A stretch of 64,000 nt of DNA from contig OZ024743.1 in assembly GCA_964016885.1 (NCBI GenBank), positions 223,262,001 to 223,326,000 of the forward strand, in the 5' to 3' direction. The DNA comes from Eledone cirrhosa (lineage: Eukaryota). The position numbers and the translations under genes were made by a program. The notes beneath the pieces are model-generated. The model did not search any database, was not told where the DNA came from, and was given only the letters and a program-made list of their open reading frames with translations. Below, piece after piece: positions 37,255-51,107 of this stretch. Positions within the stretch are counted from its first letter, which is position 1. Every line of letters starts with the position of its first letter.

Positions 37255-37612
37255 ATATATATAGAGAGAGAAAAGAATGCAGGTTGGGTTGGTTGAGCTC
37301 ACATTTATGTATATATCTATATATGAGGAGATGAATGTAGGTTGGGTTGTTTGAGCTCACATTGATGTACATATATATATATGTATATATGAAAAGGCGA
37401 ATGTAGGTTGGGTTGGCTAAGCTCACATTTATATATATATCTAAATATCGGGAGAGGAATGTAAGTTAGGTTGGTTGAGCTCACATTTGTGTATATATAT
37501 ATATATATATATGTACAGGGAGGTGAATGTAAGTTGTGTTGATTGAGCTCACATTGTATATATTTGTATGTACGGCGAGGTGAATGCAGATTGGGTTGGT
37601 TGAGCTCACATT
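37255..37612 (+). repeat. Minisatellite, about six 50-65 bp units (GAATGTAGGTTGGGTTGGTTGAGCTCACATT + TA-rich spacer)
   Basis: Units visible directly; related units at 34015-34150 and 35770-35870. Confidence 0.85.
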
Positions 37613-37799
37613 TGCAACATTGAATATTGATTTGAAAGTGAAGTATGGATGGTAGAAAGTGAATTTAAAGCATAGAAGACTGTTAGTTGGACCTTTTGTC
37701 ATATCCCATCAGAAACAACAAGTATTTTAAGGTCATCTTTGTTAAAGCAAGAGTTAATTTTGCTGGCCTCATTACAAGTTTCTCTATTTACCATATTGT

Positions 37800-38560
37800 C
37801 TGCAGTCCTCTTCACAAACTTCATGGTTTTTATTTCTTCTTCCATCATTTTTTACCATATCTTTCTAGGTCTTTCCCTTCTTCTACTTCCATATTAATTT
37901 CTAATAATTCTATCACCTAGTCACTTTTATCCTTCCTCTACACATGGCCCAACCAGCTCATTCCATTTCTCTTCACTGACTCTATTCTCATTATCTTTTG
38001 CAATTCATTGTTTCTCAGTGGTACTCTGCTCATCCACCAAACCATCCTCATTTCCCACTTTTCTAATTTTCTGTGCTACTCCATGTTTATCACCTATGCC
38101 TTGCTCCCTTACATCATGGCACTCCTCACACACCTTTCCCTCCAGTTTCAGTGACATGATCCATCTCATTAGCATGCCACTTAGTTCCTGGAACTTCTTC
38201 CATGTACATCTCACTCTAGATACTGTCATAGAATTTTATCCACTCTCTCCACCAAAGTCTCCAATGTAACAAAACGTTTTCACACCTTTCATCTTCACAT
38301 CGGTAGAGGGCCGGACGCCATGCTTTGCAGCATAGAGTTACAGTCCTTTATGATCTGAGTTCAAATCCCGCCGAGATTAACTTTGCTTTTCATCCTTATG
38401 GGGTCGATAAAATAAAGTACCAGTCATGCATTGGGGTCGATTTAATCGACTTCCCCTTCCCCCAACATTGCTGGCCTTGTGCCTATATAAGAAACAATTA
38501 TTTCCAAGATCCAGCTCAACATCCTCTCCATCTGTAGCTCCTTCCATACATACTTTACAC
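37800..38560 (-). mobile_element. Old degraded RTE-like LINE fragment with a family 1 SINE at 38299-38500
   Basis: Remnant SRVRCTWKKFQEL...SLKLEGKV and TGGCCCAACC (WxGH) on the minus strand; boundaries approximate. Confidence 0.65.
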
Positions 38561-38644
38561 TTAATGTAAAACTCAGAAAAATTTGCTGTATTGTTTAAAA
38601 AACCATCATAATTTTAACCCTTTTTAGCCTTCTCTTTCTTTCAA

Positions 38645-39004
38645 TGAAGGCATGTGGCCAAGTGCTTAGGGTGTTGGAGTCACCTGTGCCATAGATATGA
38701 TAACCTCCCCAGTGTTGGTGATTTACATGATAAATGATCATCCACTACAATCTGTAAAGTGGTTGGTGATAGGAAGGGCATCCAGCCATAGAAAACCTAT
38801 CAAAGGACTATTCAGTTGATCAAGGACAAGACAATTCCCTGGTGTTGGTGCCATAATAAATTGCACACGATAGAACACGTGATCGTATGTCTGACCCCCA
38901 GCCCATCCAGAAGTCAGATGCTCTGCTTGAATACTGGCCGATGTGTGACAAAATATCCAACTCTTGCTAGTAGGGAAAACAGATGTTAAACAATGACGAT
39001 GATA
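38645..39004 (+). mobile_element. Degenerate SINE with RTE-like tail
   Basis: Decayed tRNA head, GTTGGTGATAGGAAGGGCATCCAGCC, GAT-repeat end. Confidence 0.55.
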
Positions 39005-39111
39005 AACACTTTAAAACAACTAGGGTTGTATCATGGAACCAGAGTGGTTTGGCATCTGAAGAGTTAAATATATGTGAAAAATACTTTGCTCTGATTTGAG
39101 TGCCACATTAA

Positions 39112-39293
39112 CCCTTTAGCATTTAAAACAGCTGTATCTGGCCAGAATTCTCTTACCTCTGGTACCTAGCCACTCATACTCATTTTAAGGTATTATTCTC
39201 AAAATAAGTAATAACAAAATCTCATAGATTCGATATTATGTGAGGTAAACCCTTTACCATGAAAATATAATAGTAAATATAGAGTAATGTAAA
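39112..39293. mobile_element. piggyBac-type MITE, one end truncated
   Basis: TTAA|CCCTTTAGCATTTA start; body matches 12529-12746. Confidence 0.75.
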
Positions 39294-41595
39294 GGCATGT
39301 TAGATTTCTCTGAATGCCTGTTGTCTGTGCTTCCACATGAAGCAACTAAAATTAAATATTATGTACAGAGACAGCAATTTTCTGGAGTTGTGTTATGAGG
39401 TTTTTATGTTGTTTTTTTTTTATCTTTGAAGTGGTTGTCTTGTCTTATAACCCATCTACTTGATAGTTAAGTTTCTTCTCAATTTCTCTGTATTATCAGC
39501 ATATTTGAAACAAAACATGTCTGAGAAGGTCCCTCTATTTTTTCTATTTTTTACAGCAGTTTCATAATGTTTTATATATGATATCAGGTGTGACTATCTC
39601 TTCCACTTCTGAAGAGAACAGGTTCAGCAGTTATAGGGCTGTTGTCTCATATTTCTAAATAAACGGAATAGTTTAATGGTGATTACAGTAATTATCATAG
39701 TGGTAGGCTATGTGAAACATTGTTTTCTTCATTATCCTATGTTGGATGTATCAAAAATGGTAAAATGGTGTATACATTTTTTTGTTTGGCTCCTTTAAGC
39801 ATTTTCTTACCATATTTTTAATGAAAGACTGTGCCTATGAATTTCAAATAATTTTGAAAATAGTCAAGAATTTAGAGAGATTAAATAATATAACTAACTT
39901 TCTCATTATTAACTTGGTGTTTGGAACATAAATCTTAGATAAAATTATAACAAAGTTTTTAGATATATAAACCTGGCTAAAACTGGCTCTGGTTCTATGA
40001 AACAAAAGCACCAATTTTAAAGGATTCCTATTTAAATTAAAATCTTCCAAAATTGTTATGTTAGAGCCATATATTAAGTTACTATCTTAGTAATGATGTA
40101 ATTAATAATTTTAGTAAATTCCTCAAAATTCTAATTGAAATAGAGTGTATTTCATTAGAAATACAATCATGAAAGGGTTTGTATCATAGAAAGAGAGGTG
40201 CTTAAGAAGATTAATTTTACATTTTTACATAATGTTCAGATTGGATCATGGAAGTGATCCTTATATCTGAATATGCTTTTATATACAGAGTATAGCAAAA
40301 AACTTCCCATATACAGTTTTTCGGTGGGGAACAACAGTGTGTTAACCATGTACTAAGGGGATTTGAAAAGCCATGTGTGTGGTAATCATAGTTGTGTCAA
40401 TAACCAACACACAGTGCACAGCCATCCCAGCCATGACCACAATTGAAAAATTTTAAATAAATGTTGAATGCTGAACAAAATTTGTTCATCAAAATCAGTT
40501 GAAAATAAATTGCATGTTATGCAATTTTAGATTATGTAATAAAATTTTGAATAACATTTTCCATGTTTTTGTTAACCGATATAATTTGGAAAGACTTTTT
40601 GATGCTCTCTGTATATTATAAATTAATTACTGAATATGTCAGTGTACAAGTTGATCTGGCGCATAGGTCGACCCCTAAAATTCTGAGGTGTAGTTCAGGT
40701 GAAGCAGCATGCATACTTCCATATGTTATATTTGGCGGACAAGTCGACGCCTGATTTTCGAGAGATTTCTTTTGGCTCCAAATGTTGACTTGTACGCCGG
40801 TATATACAGTATATATGATTAAATGTTTTGATATCGTATTAAATACTGCCATGTGCCATCAATAATGATGGTAATAACATTGAATGTATTGCATTTATGT
40901 ATTTAAGTTTTAGTGTCCAGGATTGGTATGTCATATATACCAGGATTACTGGGTTAGGAACAATCATACAAACTATGCAATTTGCATTTTGATAAATTTA
41001 TGGTTTCTATAAGAGAAACTTTATAGATAATGTTGATTACTGATATGTGGAAGTGGTTAAAGATAAGATTGATATTTTAATATTTTATTTCTAGGAGATA
41101 ATAAATACTTAAATGTTCAGCATATATGTACAAATGACATACAGGACTAAATATATGAGTCACTTTGGAGAAAGAACTATTTATATGCTTTTATATTCAG
41201 AGTATAGCAAAAATGTAGTATTAGAATCTAGAACCTTGAGATTGGAAAGCGAATTTCTTATTGTAGCAACTCAACTGAGATAGGAAATCTATTCTGTGTA
41301 TGTTTGTGTGTGTGTAATTTTAAAGCATCAGAAACATATATATATATATATACAAATATATGTGGCATATTATTGTTGATTGATAATTGTTGTATACTTC
41401 TTTTAACCTCAAGAAGAGTTATAAAGCTGGTGTTTAGCCCTGCATACATTATCATTAACTGTCACATTTCCTGTCACTACAGGATATTAGTCAACCTCAG
41501 GTAGCATTCTATAAGACCGAAAGTCCTAGGTGATGTCATTTTTTATACTAAACTGCTTGAAGCTGCCATTGATTCTACTATACAAAACTGTTTAA

Positions 41596-41804
41596 CCCTT
41601 TAGCATTTACATTACTCTATATATTACTATTATATTTCCATCGTAAAGGCTTTATCTCACATAATATTGAATTTATGAGATTTTGATATTATTTATTTTG
41701 AGAACAATACCTTAACATCAATATGAGTGACTAGTTACAGGTGGTTTGAAAAGAAAGAGGTGAGAAAATTCTGGCCAGATACAGCTAGTTTAAATGCTAA
41801 AGGG
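41596..41804. mobile_element. piggyBac-type MITE
   Basis: Same family in reverse orientation; TTAA / TTCA flanks. Confidence 0.82.
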
Positions 41805-42114
41805 TTCAGAGTGTTTTTATCTAAAAGCCTTACATCATAATTTTATGTAAGAATCTTTTTTTCTAAACACCAGCTTAATAATGAGTAAGTTATATTACAA
41901 AATCTGTCCAAATTGTTGATTTTTTTCAAAATTAAATGAAAAGTATTTTTTATTAGAATGATGTTAATCAAAGGGTTAAACATGGGTATATGCCTGTTTT
42001 AACTCCAAGCTGGTATTTAGTCCTTTATATATTATCATTAATTGTCACACTTCCTGCCTACACAGGATATTAGTCTGTCTCAGGTTGCATTCTATAAGAT
42101 TCTAAGATCTAGGT

Positions 42115-42406
42115 CAGAGTTTCCCAAGCTTGTTTTTTTTTTTGACAACCACCCTCTTTTAGACAAAATATTTCATTAGCACCCTCCACTTAAAGTTGAT
42201 CAAAAAAATTGTTAGTTAAACATTTATTGAATAACTAAAGGTGACAGTTTTTTTTAGCAACTACTAATTTATATTCTTTGTCCCTTTCCTCCCTCACCAC
42301 TCCTTGCTTTTTAAAGATCCCTTTACCACCTTCTTACTTTCCAGTTCCTCACTTGAGTATCCCAGCTCCCCCAAGGGGGTGATAGTACCCACATTGAGAA
42401 TCACTG
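42115..42406. mobile_element. hAT (Charlie/MER5-like) MITE
   Basis: CAGAGTTTCCCAA ... TTGAGAATCACTG termini; imperfect 8-bp TSD ATCTAGGT / TCTTAGGT. Confidence 0.6.
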
Positions 42407-42789
42407 TCTTAGGTAATGGGAAACATGCTGAATTAAATATCTTGCTCAAGCACATCAAAACTCAACAGAGCTTGAAGTCAATACTTTCTTTATCCACTTT
42501 GTGTCAGCATTTGCTCCAGATAGGTTGAGCAGGCTCCAACCAGTTAATTTACAGCTTCCCAACCGAGGATATTAGATCAAGATCTGGTGTAACTGCATAG
42601 CAGATTAGTTCAACCTATTGACAAAACCAATTGAGGTGCCATTAAGTGGGAGTGGTTGGAGAGAAATGATCTGGCAGTGATAACGGATTTCAGGATGGGG
42701 TAGGGGTTATTTTTATGATCAAAGTTATTACATCAAATTTTTTATCATTATCTGTGCTAATAAAACTCTACATCTTTTAACTATTGTAG

Positions 42790-42924
42790 GTAAAATACAG
42801 AGTAAGATAATTGTAAATATCAAAGCTATTGGAAACATTCAGAAAAGAAAAACACTAGTCTGTGAAATTATTGAAGTCTATGAGTTTTCAAGATGCTAGT
42901 TGACCTAAAAATTTGATGGAAATG
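42790..42924 (+). other. Candidate mostly non-coding exon of the divergent gene, ending ATG GAA ATG
   Basis: ttttaactattgtag| acceptor with branch-like TTAAC and G|GTAAGT donor in apparently non-repeat sequence; no protein homology recognised. Confidence 0.35.
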
Positions 42925-42946
42925 GTAAGTTTTCTTTATATACATA

Positions 42947-43513
42947 CTAGCAGAGTAGTCTGTTGTTGCCAGGCAATCTTCACCATAGAATGCCTTTCTT
43001 TGAATTATTTTTATTCCATGTCAGACCATGTCTCCCCTGTGCCTCATCTGTTATTTATTCCCCATGGTCTGTCTCCATGAATTGTCAATCATCCCCTAGG
43101 TGGTTTCTGTGGAGATTTACTTGGTGAAGCTGTATGTTGAGATGGTATCAGTTGCTTGTTGTATACTTTAGTGTGACCGTCTTCATGTAAACATTGGGTG
43201 ACCTCCATGGGGACAACTCTCTGCCTCATAGCAAAAGCAATGCCCCTCCCCACTGCTGATGGCATGGATGGATGGAATAAGGTCCTATTGAAGGAATGCA
43301 TGAGACGATCAATAAAAGCCAGACTACTTAAATTGTTACAGTATTGATAGTATTACTATTTTCTATATTTGTGGTTTTCTTTAATTCTTTTTGTAATTAA
43401 GAAACTCTGTGTGCTCCCAAAACGTTCTTGGGACGCAGATTTGGAAATCAAATCCGTTTTTCTCTAGAGCCTTTGGGTGACATACACGCATACACTCTCA
43501 ATTATATAGTAGA
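42947..43513 (-). mobile_element. Non-autonomous Helitron, older
   Basis: Minus strand A|TCTACTATATAATTGAGAGTGTATG ... CTCTGCTAG|T; 3' end CTCTGCTAG shared with 36068-37122. Confidence 0.7.
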
Positions 43514-43662
43514 TATGTCAGACTTTTTGTCTGTTTCTTCTTTTACTGGTTTCAATCATTGGACTTTGGCCATGCTAGGGAGTTAGTGTATCATATTGAC
43601 CCCAGTCTAGTATTTCATTGAACTGCTAACTTAGGGAAAATAAACACACAAATATTAACATA

Positions 43663-43860
43663 TGAGGGTTGGCTGAAAATTTCATAGGCTGACTAAAATA
43701 CTATCAAGGAATGACCAAATATGGTTTATTTTTCAACATAGTCCCTGGAAAGAAACAATGCTGTTATTAAGAAGAAAAGTTGAAATTAATGCATGCAAGG
43801 TTTCACAGCTCTCGCATCACTCCTTCATAATCAGCCTATGGACTTTTCAGCCAATCCTTG
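43663..43860. mobile_element. mariner-type MITE
   Basis: TA|TGAGGGTTGGCTGAAAATTTCATAGGCTGA ... TCAGCCTATGGACTTTTCAGCCAATCCTTG|TA. Confidence 0.72.
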
Positions 43861-43861
43861 T

Positions 43862-45610
43862 ATCATCATCATCCTCATCATACGTGTTTTCCCTGCTAGC
43901 AAGAGTTAGATGGGTCTTCATAGATCAAGTCAGTACTCAAGTGGAGCTACTTACATCACAGACAGACCAGGTGTCCCCCCCTTTCACTTACATACAGTCC
44001 CATGCTCTACTGAGTGTATTTTATCATGACACCAACACTAGAGAGGTTATCATGTCTTTGACACAACTGAAGGGTTCTTCTAACCCTTTGTTTGTCAAGC
44101 TTTCTATGGCTTGATGCCTTTGCTATCACCAACCACTTTAGGGCATGTACTGGGTGCATTTATCATCATCAACTCTAGGGAGATTGTCATGTCTTTAACA
44201 GAACTGAAAATCCCCCCAACCCTTTATTTGGAAAGTTTTTTATGGTTTGTTGCCTTTCCTCCTTGTGGGTGCATTTTCGAAGCACTAGAGGTTGTCGAGT
44301 TTTGACAAGATGATGAAGTAGTCACAGTTGTGTCAGGAGTTTTAGAAGTAGGTATAATGATGATGAAAATAGCTAAGAGATGATAATAGTGGGGTTGTGG
44401 ATAGCATGGAAGTGGGTATTCACCAGTTTGTCAGTATTTCGCAGGTAGCTGTAGTGATGGAGAAAATAGCTATGGAGTTGGAGTGTACAGAAATGGAGAG
44501 AGTAGCTACTAAGGTGTGATATTGAGGATATCTAAGGACTTTGTGAGGTGATAGCTAAGGAGGGATAGTGGATGGAGTGGAAGGTCTGCAGTGATGATGA
44601 GGATAGATACTAAGGAGTGTTAATAAAGGGGGTAAGGGCACATTTTATGTCAGTAGGGTGTCAGGTTGCATTTTATGCCTATAGATGGGTCTTCATCAGT
44701 ACAGCATAGTGTCAGCCTTTACTGTCCTTTGTCAGTTCTTAGAGTTGGTCTTCACTACCTTATCCTGGGTTTGCCTCATCCACAGGTCACAGCCACTGAA
44801 ATTTCTCTACATTTTTTTATACAGCTGTCATCCTCCATGTGCATCACATGTTCATATCAATCCATCTTCTGTTTTGTACACCACATCTAATTCCTCTTAT
44901 GCCAAGTTTTTCTCTCAGCTCGCCTATGCTACGTCTTTCATGCACACTAATATTACACATCCATCTGAGCATACTTGTTTCATTTCTGTCAAACTTTTGC
45001 AGGTCTTCTGCAGCTATAACCCATGTTTCACTGCAGTGTAGCATTGCAGCTCACACATAGGCATCGCACAGTCTATACTTCACTCTGAAAGAAGCTCTTT
45101 GTTGTCAGCAGAGATACCAGCTCCCTAAACTTCTTCCAGCCCGTTCTTACCCTGCTCATCACATTTTCAGAGCATTCTCTTTCACTGCTGATTAGGTTGC
45201 CTAGCTAACAAAAGCTGACAACAACTCAGGAGTTTCCCTGGTGACTGAGGGTATCTATTTCACATGCACTGTTAGTGTTTACTTCTCTTGTGCATCTACT
45301 ACATACAAAGTCTATCTTTTCCTTAACCTGCCTGCAATTCCACTGCATTCTTTGTGGGGTTTTTTTCTATGCTTGAAATTTTGCCCCTAACCTTTTTATG
45401 TATTTAGCTATAAGGATTAGGTTATAAGCATATAAGAGTTCCCATGGTGCCAGTTTTAATCTCCTCAGAGATGGCCTGCAGGACAATGATAAACAGGAAT
45501 GGGCTGAACCTTGCACTTCAAATTCATCACTGTACTCATGGCCAACTCACACTTTGCTTGTTGCATCTTTATATATGGCTTCTACAGCTCTCACAAACCA
45601 TTCATATACA
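43862..45610 (-). mobile_element. Old RTE-clade LINE fragment with long 3' region
   Basis: MLHCSETW...LRWMCN...LREKLGIRGIRC in 44844-45044; (CAT)n tail at 43862; heavily decayed. Confidence 0.7.
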
Positions 45611-46024
45611 CATGGATTTTGATTCTGTCCCTAATATGACAGACTTTGGTTCAGTTTTTGCCTACCAAATTTCCTTTACAAGGTATTGGTCAACCCAAGG
45701 CTATAGTAGTATAGACACTTATCTTATGCAGTGGGACTGAACCCCAAACTATGTGGTTACTCCTTAACCAAACAGCTATGTCTGCAGCTTTTGTTTTTTA
45801 TTGTTTCAAATTATTTATATATTTGTGTGTATGTTCTTTTAACTTCTGACCTTTAATCCATTTGTTAACATATTTCTAATGAAATATAACACCTGTGAGT
45901 TTCAATTAATTTTAATAACAATAAAACTTTGGAGAGATTTAATCATATAACTCACTTTCTTCTTTGTTGATGTTTGGAATATAACTTAAAAAATGGTTCT
46001 TACAAAAAATTGTAATAGGTTTAA

Positions 46025-46239
46025 CCCTTTAGCATTTAAACTGGCTGTAACCGGCCAGAATTCTCTCACCTCTTCTGTTCAAACTGGCTGTAACCGGCCG
46101 CTCATACTGATGTTAAGGTATTGTTCTCAAAATAGATATCAAAATCTCATAGATTCGATATTATGTGAGATAATTATGAGATAAAGCTTTTACCACAAAA
46201 ATACAATAGTATATATAGAGTAATGTAAATGCTAAAGGG
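46025..46239. mobile_element. piggyBac-type MITE
   Basis: Perfect TTAA|CCCTTTAGCATTTA ... TAAATGCTAAAGGG|TTAA. Confidence 0.88.
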
Positions 46240-48960
46240 TTAAATTTAAACACAAACATTTTAAAACAAATGGTTTTTCATCATAGTTAGGTGATGATTT
46301 GGGGTGGGGTTAATGTCTTTAATTGACACCATAATCACTTTTATACATTTTTCAAAGTGAAAAGTTGCTGCATAAAACTGGATTTGTTGTATCCATAATT
46401 TTAAGTTGAGTCTTTTAATGTCTTTGGGCTCTTTAGTTATAATAGTATATGGTTTGGGTAGAAGTGGTGCAAACTCCTACCTTGGGTTAAACCTTTCATT
46501 ATCATATTTCTAATGAAATACATTGCCTATAATCAAGAACTAACATTTTCATTATTAAGCTGGAACTTAAATTAACAAAGATTCTGAGATAAAAGTTGGA
46601 TTGAAGGTTTTTACATAAACATAAACACTTTAATGTAAACAATTCTGTATTAGGAACAGGGGTCTGTTTTAAGCAGGTTGGTATCAAAGGTGAAGGCAAA
46701 TGCCCTAATATTTCAAGTTTTACATTCATAATCATAAGGTTTTGGGTTTTAATTCTTTGACTTGGGTAATGCATAGTCTTCTTGAGCAAGACACCACTTC
46801 ATTTCACATTGCTTTCTATAACAGGACTGGGGCCTCTATCCTTAACACATTCAAGAAACCTTCTTATAGGAAGCTAGCTAAATCTGCAGAAGTGTGAGCT
46901 GTAAATTGAATTTTTTTTTCATTTCAAGAGAGTTAATCAAGGTACATGAACTAATGTGTGTTTCTATGTTTTTATTTGACCCATTAAAACACTTGTAGTA
47001 AATGAAATCTCACTCTATATACTATCTTTGAAATGGGAACACGTTTTAGGTCCTTAAGTATGTGGCATTATGCTGGCAATAGTAATAGGATAACTAGAAT
47101 TAGAATACCAGTTTAATGACTCATTGATTTACTGTCTCAGAGACTCAGTTTGCTTAAGTAGAGCTGTCTGAAATTACTTTACTACATCATCATTATTAAC
47201 ACTTATTATCCTGTCATGGTTTAGCAGAAAATATCTAAAAACAACTTTAACTCTTTTGTTACCGTATGACACTGCCTGTGATTTTAAAATATATTTTGTG
47301 GGATTTTAGTAATACAACTAACTTTTTCATTATTAACTTAGTGTTTGGAGCATAACTTCACAAAGGTTCTTATATAAAATTATGATGGAAAATTTATAAA
47401 TAAGTGTAGGTGTCACAACTAAAAGCACCCAGCCCACACTGTAAAGTGGTTGTGTAGGAGTCACAACAAAACCCACCCAACCCTCACTGTAAATGTGGTT
47501 GGCATTAGGAAGGGCATCCAGCCATAGAAATCTAGCCAGAAACACCCCTATATGAGCAAAACACGGTAACATGACCCAACTTGCCTCAAATGGGATAAAC
47601 TGTCTAATCCATGCTAGTGTGGAAACTGGACATTAAACAATGATGGTGATGATGATGATGATAAACACTTTAAAGTAAACAGTTCTGCATTGTAGAACCT
47701 AAGACAGTTCCAGTTGTTTGAATCAGAATGGTTAATTTGAATGTATATTGTATCTTTACAGAACACACAAAAATGTGGAGTTAACCAAAGTAAAGACTAA
47801 TTTTTAATGTGATGCAATCATAGTACTGTTTTGTGCATTTCAAGAATGTCTTGCTAATGGATTTCATATTGTACAGGATATTAAGAATTAAGATAGTGAT
47901 CTACTTATTTTCTTTTCAACATACTTGAAGAACAAAGGCAATACAGAGTACAGCAGACTCTTCAATCTTCCCAAATATATGACAATCTCTTATGTACTGA
48001 TGCCACAATAAATTGCCTCCAGTACACCCTGTAAAGTGTTAAAGCTGGTGTCACAATAAAATGCACCTAGTACACTCTGTCAAATATTAGATTTGGTGCC
48101 ATGATAAAATGTAGTCTGTACACTCTGTTAACTGATTGTGCTGATGCCACAATAAAATGCATTCAGTACACTCTGTAATATGGTTGGTATCAGGAAGAGC
48201 ATCCAACTGTAGGAACCATGCCAAATATGGAATAAAAGAGTAAGATGTGGTTCCTTTACCAGCCTAGTCACAGACCATGATGATCCATCAACCAATGCCA
48301 GCATGGAAAGTGGACATAAAATAATGGCAATAATTATGATATGCACATTACTTTGGTGTACTGTTATCTCTCTCGAGTATAGGAGAGACTATTGGACTCA
48401 CAATTATAAGATTGTGGGTTTAATTCCTGGATCAAGCAATGTGTTATGTCCTCAAGCATGAAAGCTTCATTTCATGTTGCTTCAGTCCACTCGGCTGAGA
48501 ATAAAAAGCGAATATCAGCAACAGCATCTGGGTTGGGGAGATGGAGCATTAACCTCTGCAATGAACTGGCATCCAGCCTGGTGGGAGTGTCTTTTTGTGA
48601 TCGGATCAGCACTGAGAAAGGATTTCAATTTCATTGATTTGTTAACTTTCAACTTACAGTCCCTGGGATTTTGACTTTTGTATATATCCTAGGTCCCAAG
48701 GTTGTTAAATATAGGCTTTGGAATGTCATAGTCTTTGCAGCATTTGCCGTATCTTTTTAGGCCACATCTACAGAAAGTATCGATCCAAGCATAGGAAGCT
48801 GCATTTTATTTTTCAGCCTTTATTTGATTCTACTCATACTGCTGAACAACCATTTAACTTTAGCATTTGTGTTTGGCAATATTAATAGGTGGCAAATATT
48901 ATCCTTTAGATTGCAGTTATATCTGGATAATTGTGAGGTGTCTTTCTGTGTGTCTGTATG

Positions 48961-48999
<39 letters not shown>

Positions 49000-49217
49000 C
49001 GAGAATCTTTTTTTCAAAGTAATTTTCAGTAAATCACGGATAAGCTTTTTCTTTCAGTATTTGCAAGAGGGACCATAGATTGATTAATTAATGCTTTAGA
49101 AAGATATGTGCCATTGAGAGGGCAGATATTATTTTGCATGATAGTATTGAAAGTTGTTTCAGTTTATACTGGCTATGGAAGAAACAAAGTTTTTGGTACA
49201 ACTGTAGCTCCCCTTAA

Positions 49218-49434
49218 CTCTTTAGCATTTATATTACTCTATATATACTATTATATTTACTATTGTATTTTTGTGGTAAAGGCTTTATCTCACATAATAT
49301 TGAATCTATGAGATTTTGATATTATTTATTTTTAGAATATCTTAATGTCAGTATGAGCAGCCGGTTACGACCAGTTTGAACACAAAGAGGTGAGAGAATT
49401 CTGGCCAGATATGACCGGTTTAAATGCTAAAGGG
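49218..49434. mobile_element. piggyBac-type MITE
   Basis: TTAA-flanked TIRs, same family, reverse orientation. Confidence 0.83.
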
Positions 49435-51072
49435 TTAATGCAGATAAGCAATGTATTTCATTGGAAATATGGTCATGAAAGGGTTAATGTGAAGTTATGA
49501 CATTTCTTCTATCTGAAGTGAATCAATAAATGTAAGTGAAGAGTGACAGTTTCTACAGGAAATGATTTCATTTGTTTGTGATCTTTACTTTGCAGACATT
49601 CACATATATAGCATATCTAGAAAATAAATCACTGAGGTTGATTACTGATTGAGTGTGTATGTGTGTGTGTATTCAATTTAAAACTGTATGTGCAAGTATG
49701 TTAAGTGTATCTTACTGAGTCATTCATTGTAAAGCTTCTTCTCTTCCTCTCTCTCACCTTCTCTCTCTCCCCATTGTTGCTTGACTTACATAGGTATTTG
49801 TTTAGTTGACCTTCCTGTTCAATCAAGTTGTTGAAAAGCAATTTTTACAAGGTAGCTCTCAGCTGGCTACTTGATTAAGTACTATAGTGATGATAAGAAG
49901 TCAAAATAGCACTTGATTACTCGAAATTACTCACTTTTTATCAGTGTCTACCTTTGTATTCAATACTTTATTTTGGTTTTATTTGTTTATCATCTACTTA
50001 GGTTCACTTGTAAAATTGCAGTTATAATAAACAAAAAGTATGATAAAACAAAAAAGATAATGCGACTGTAAGTGTTTGTGCAACTATCTGCAGACTAGCA
50101 CTTTTTAAAATTCTGTAAAGTGGTTGGCATTAGAAAGGGTATCCAGCTGTAGAAATTATCCTAAAAATGGAGCTTATGAGCAACAAGTGATCCGTTATCC
50201 CTGACCTGTCTAAGCTGATTGTGATAACCTGTCTAACTGATGGCAGCATGGAAAGTAGACCACAAATAATGATGATGGTCAGTCATGGAGGGGGAGGGGG
50301 GGGGGGGGGGCAATGCTCATAACTCTCTTCAGGGCCTCCAAGGCTTCTGGGTAAGAAAGTGGAGGAGGTGTTCTTAAGCTGAAAACTTGGCTAAAATACT
50401 TGCAACAGAACCCTCTCTAGACCATGTGTGGTGGGGAATTCCTTGTCTCATATGAATATATATATACATACATACTTATATTAAGGTCAACTTCGTCTTT
50501 CATCCTTTCAGGGTCAATAAAAAGTACCAGTCTGGTACTGGGGTTGATTCTCTCTCTTTCTCTCTCTCTCCCTCTCCTTTGGAAGAATTTAATTCAGATC
50601 TGGAGAAGAAATGGGCTCCATCAGGTTTTAAAAATGCCTAAGACAAATTGTATGTCACTACACGACCCTACTACTCCAACAGAAGTGTGTGCATGTATTT
50701 ATGTATGCACACACACATATATATAATAATCATCATTGTTTTACTTCTGCTTTTCATGTCTACATATTTAGCTGTGAAATTTTAGCATGCATCTTAAGTG
50801 ACAATGCACTGTATTGTTGTTGTAAGTCCAAGATTCCGCTACTATTTTTATTCTACAGAAAAAAATGAGCTAGGCTTACATTATGTTATCATACTCTGTA
50901 ACAATATAAATAAAAATAACAACAATAACAATAATAACAACAAACAAGGTCAATAACTACTGAACTGCCTGGAGAAATCAGCTAAGCTTTTTATTAATGA
51001 TTTAATACTGTTCACTGTATTTCTCATACAGTTTAGCCAGATTAATACATACAAACTATGAGTGTGTATGTC

Positions 51073-51104
<32 letters not shown>

Positions 51105-51107
<3 letters not shown>

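Noticed and set aside
37255-37612. Repeat-spacer pattern superficially like a CRISPR array
   Set aside because: Eukaryotic context, degenerate repeats, spacers are related TA-rich sequence, no cas genes.
40640-40812. pogo/Tigger-like right end (GACTTGTACGCCGGTATATACAG|TA)
   Set aside because: No matching left TIR found, so boundaries cannot be supported.
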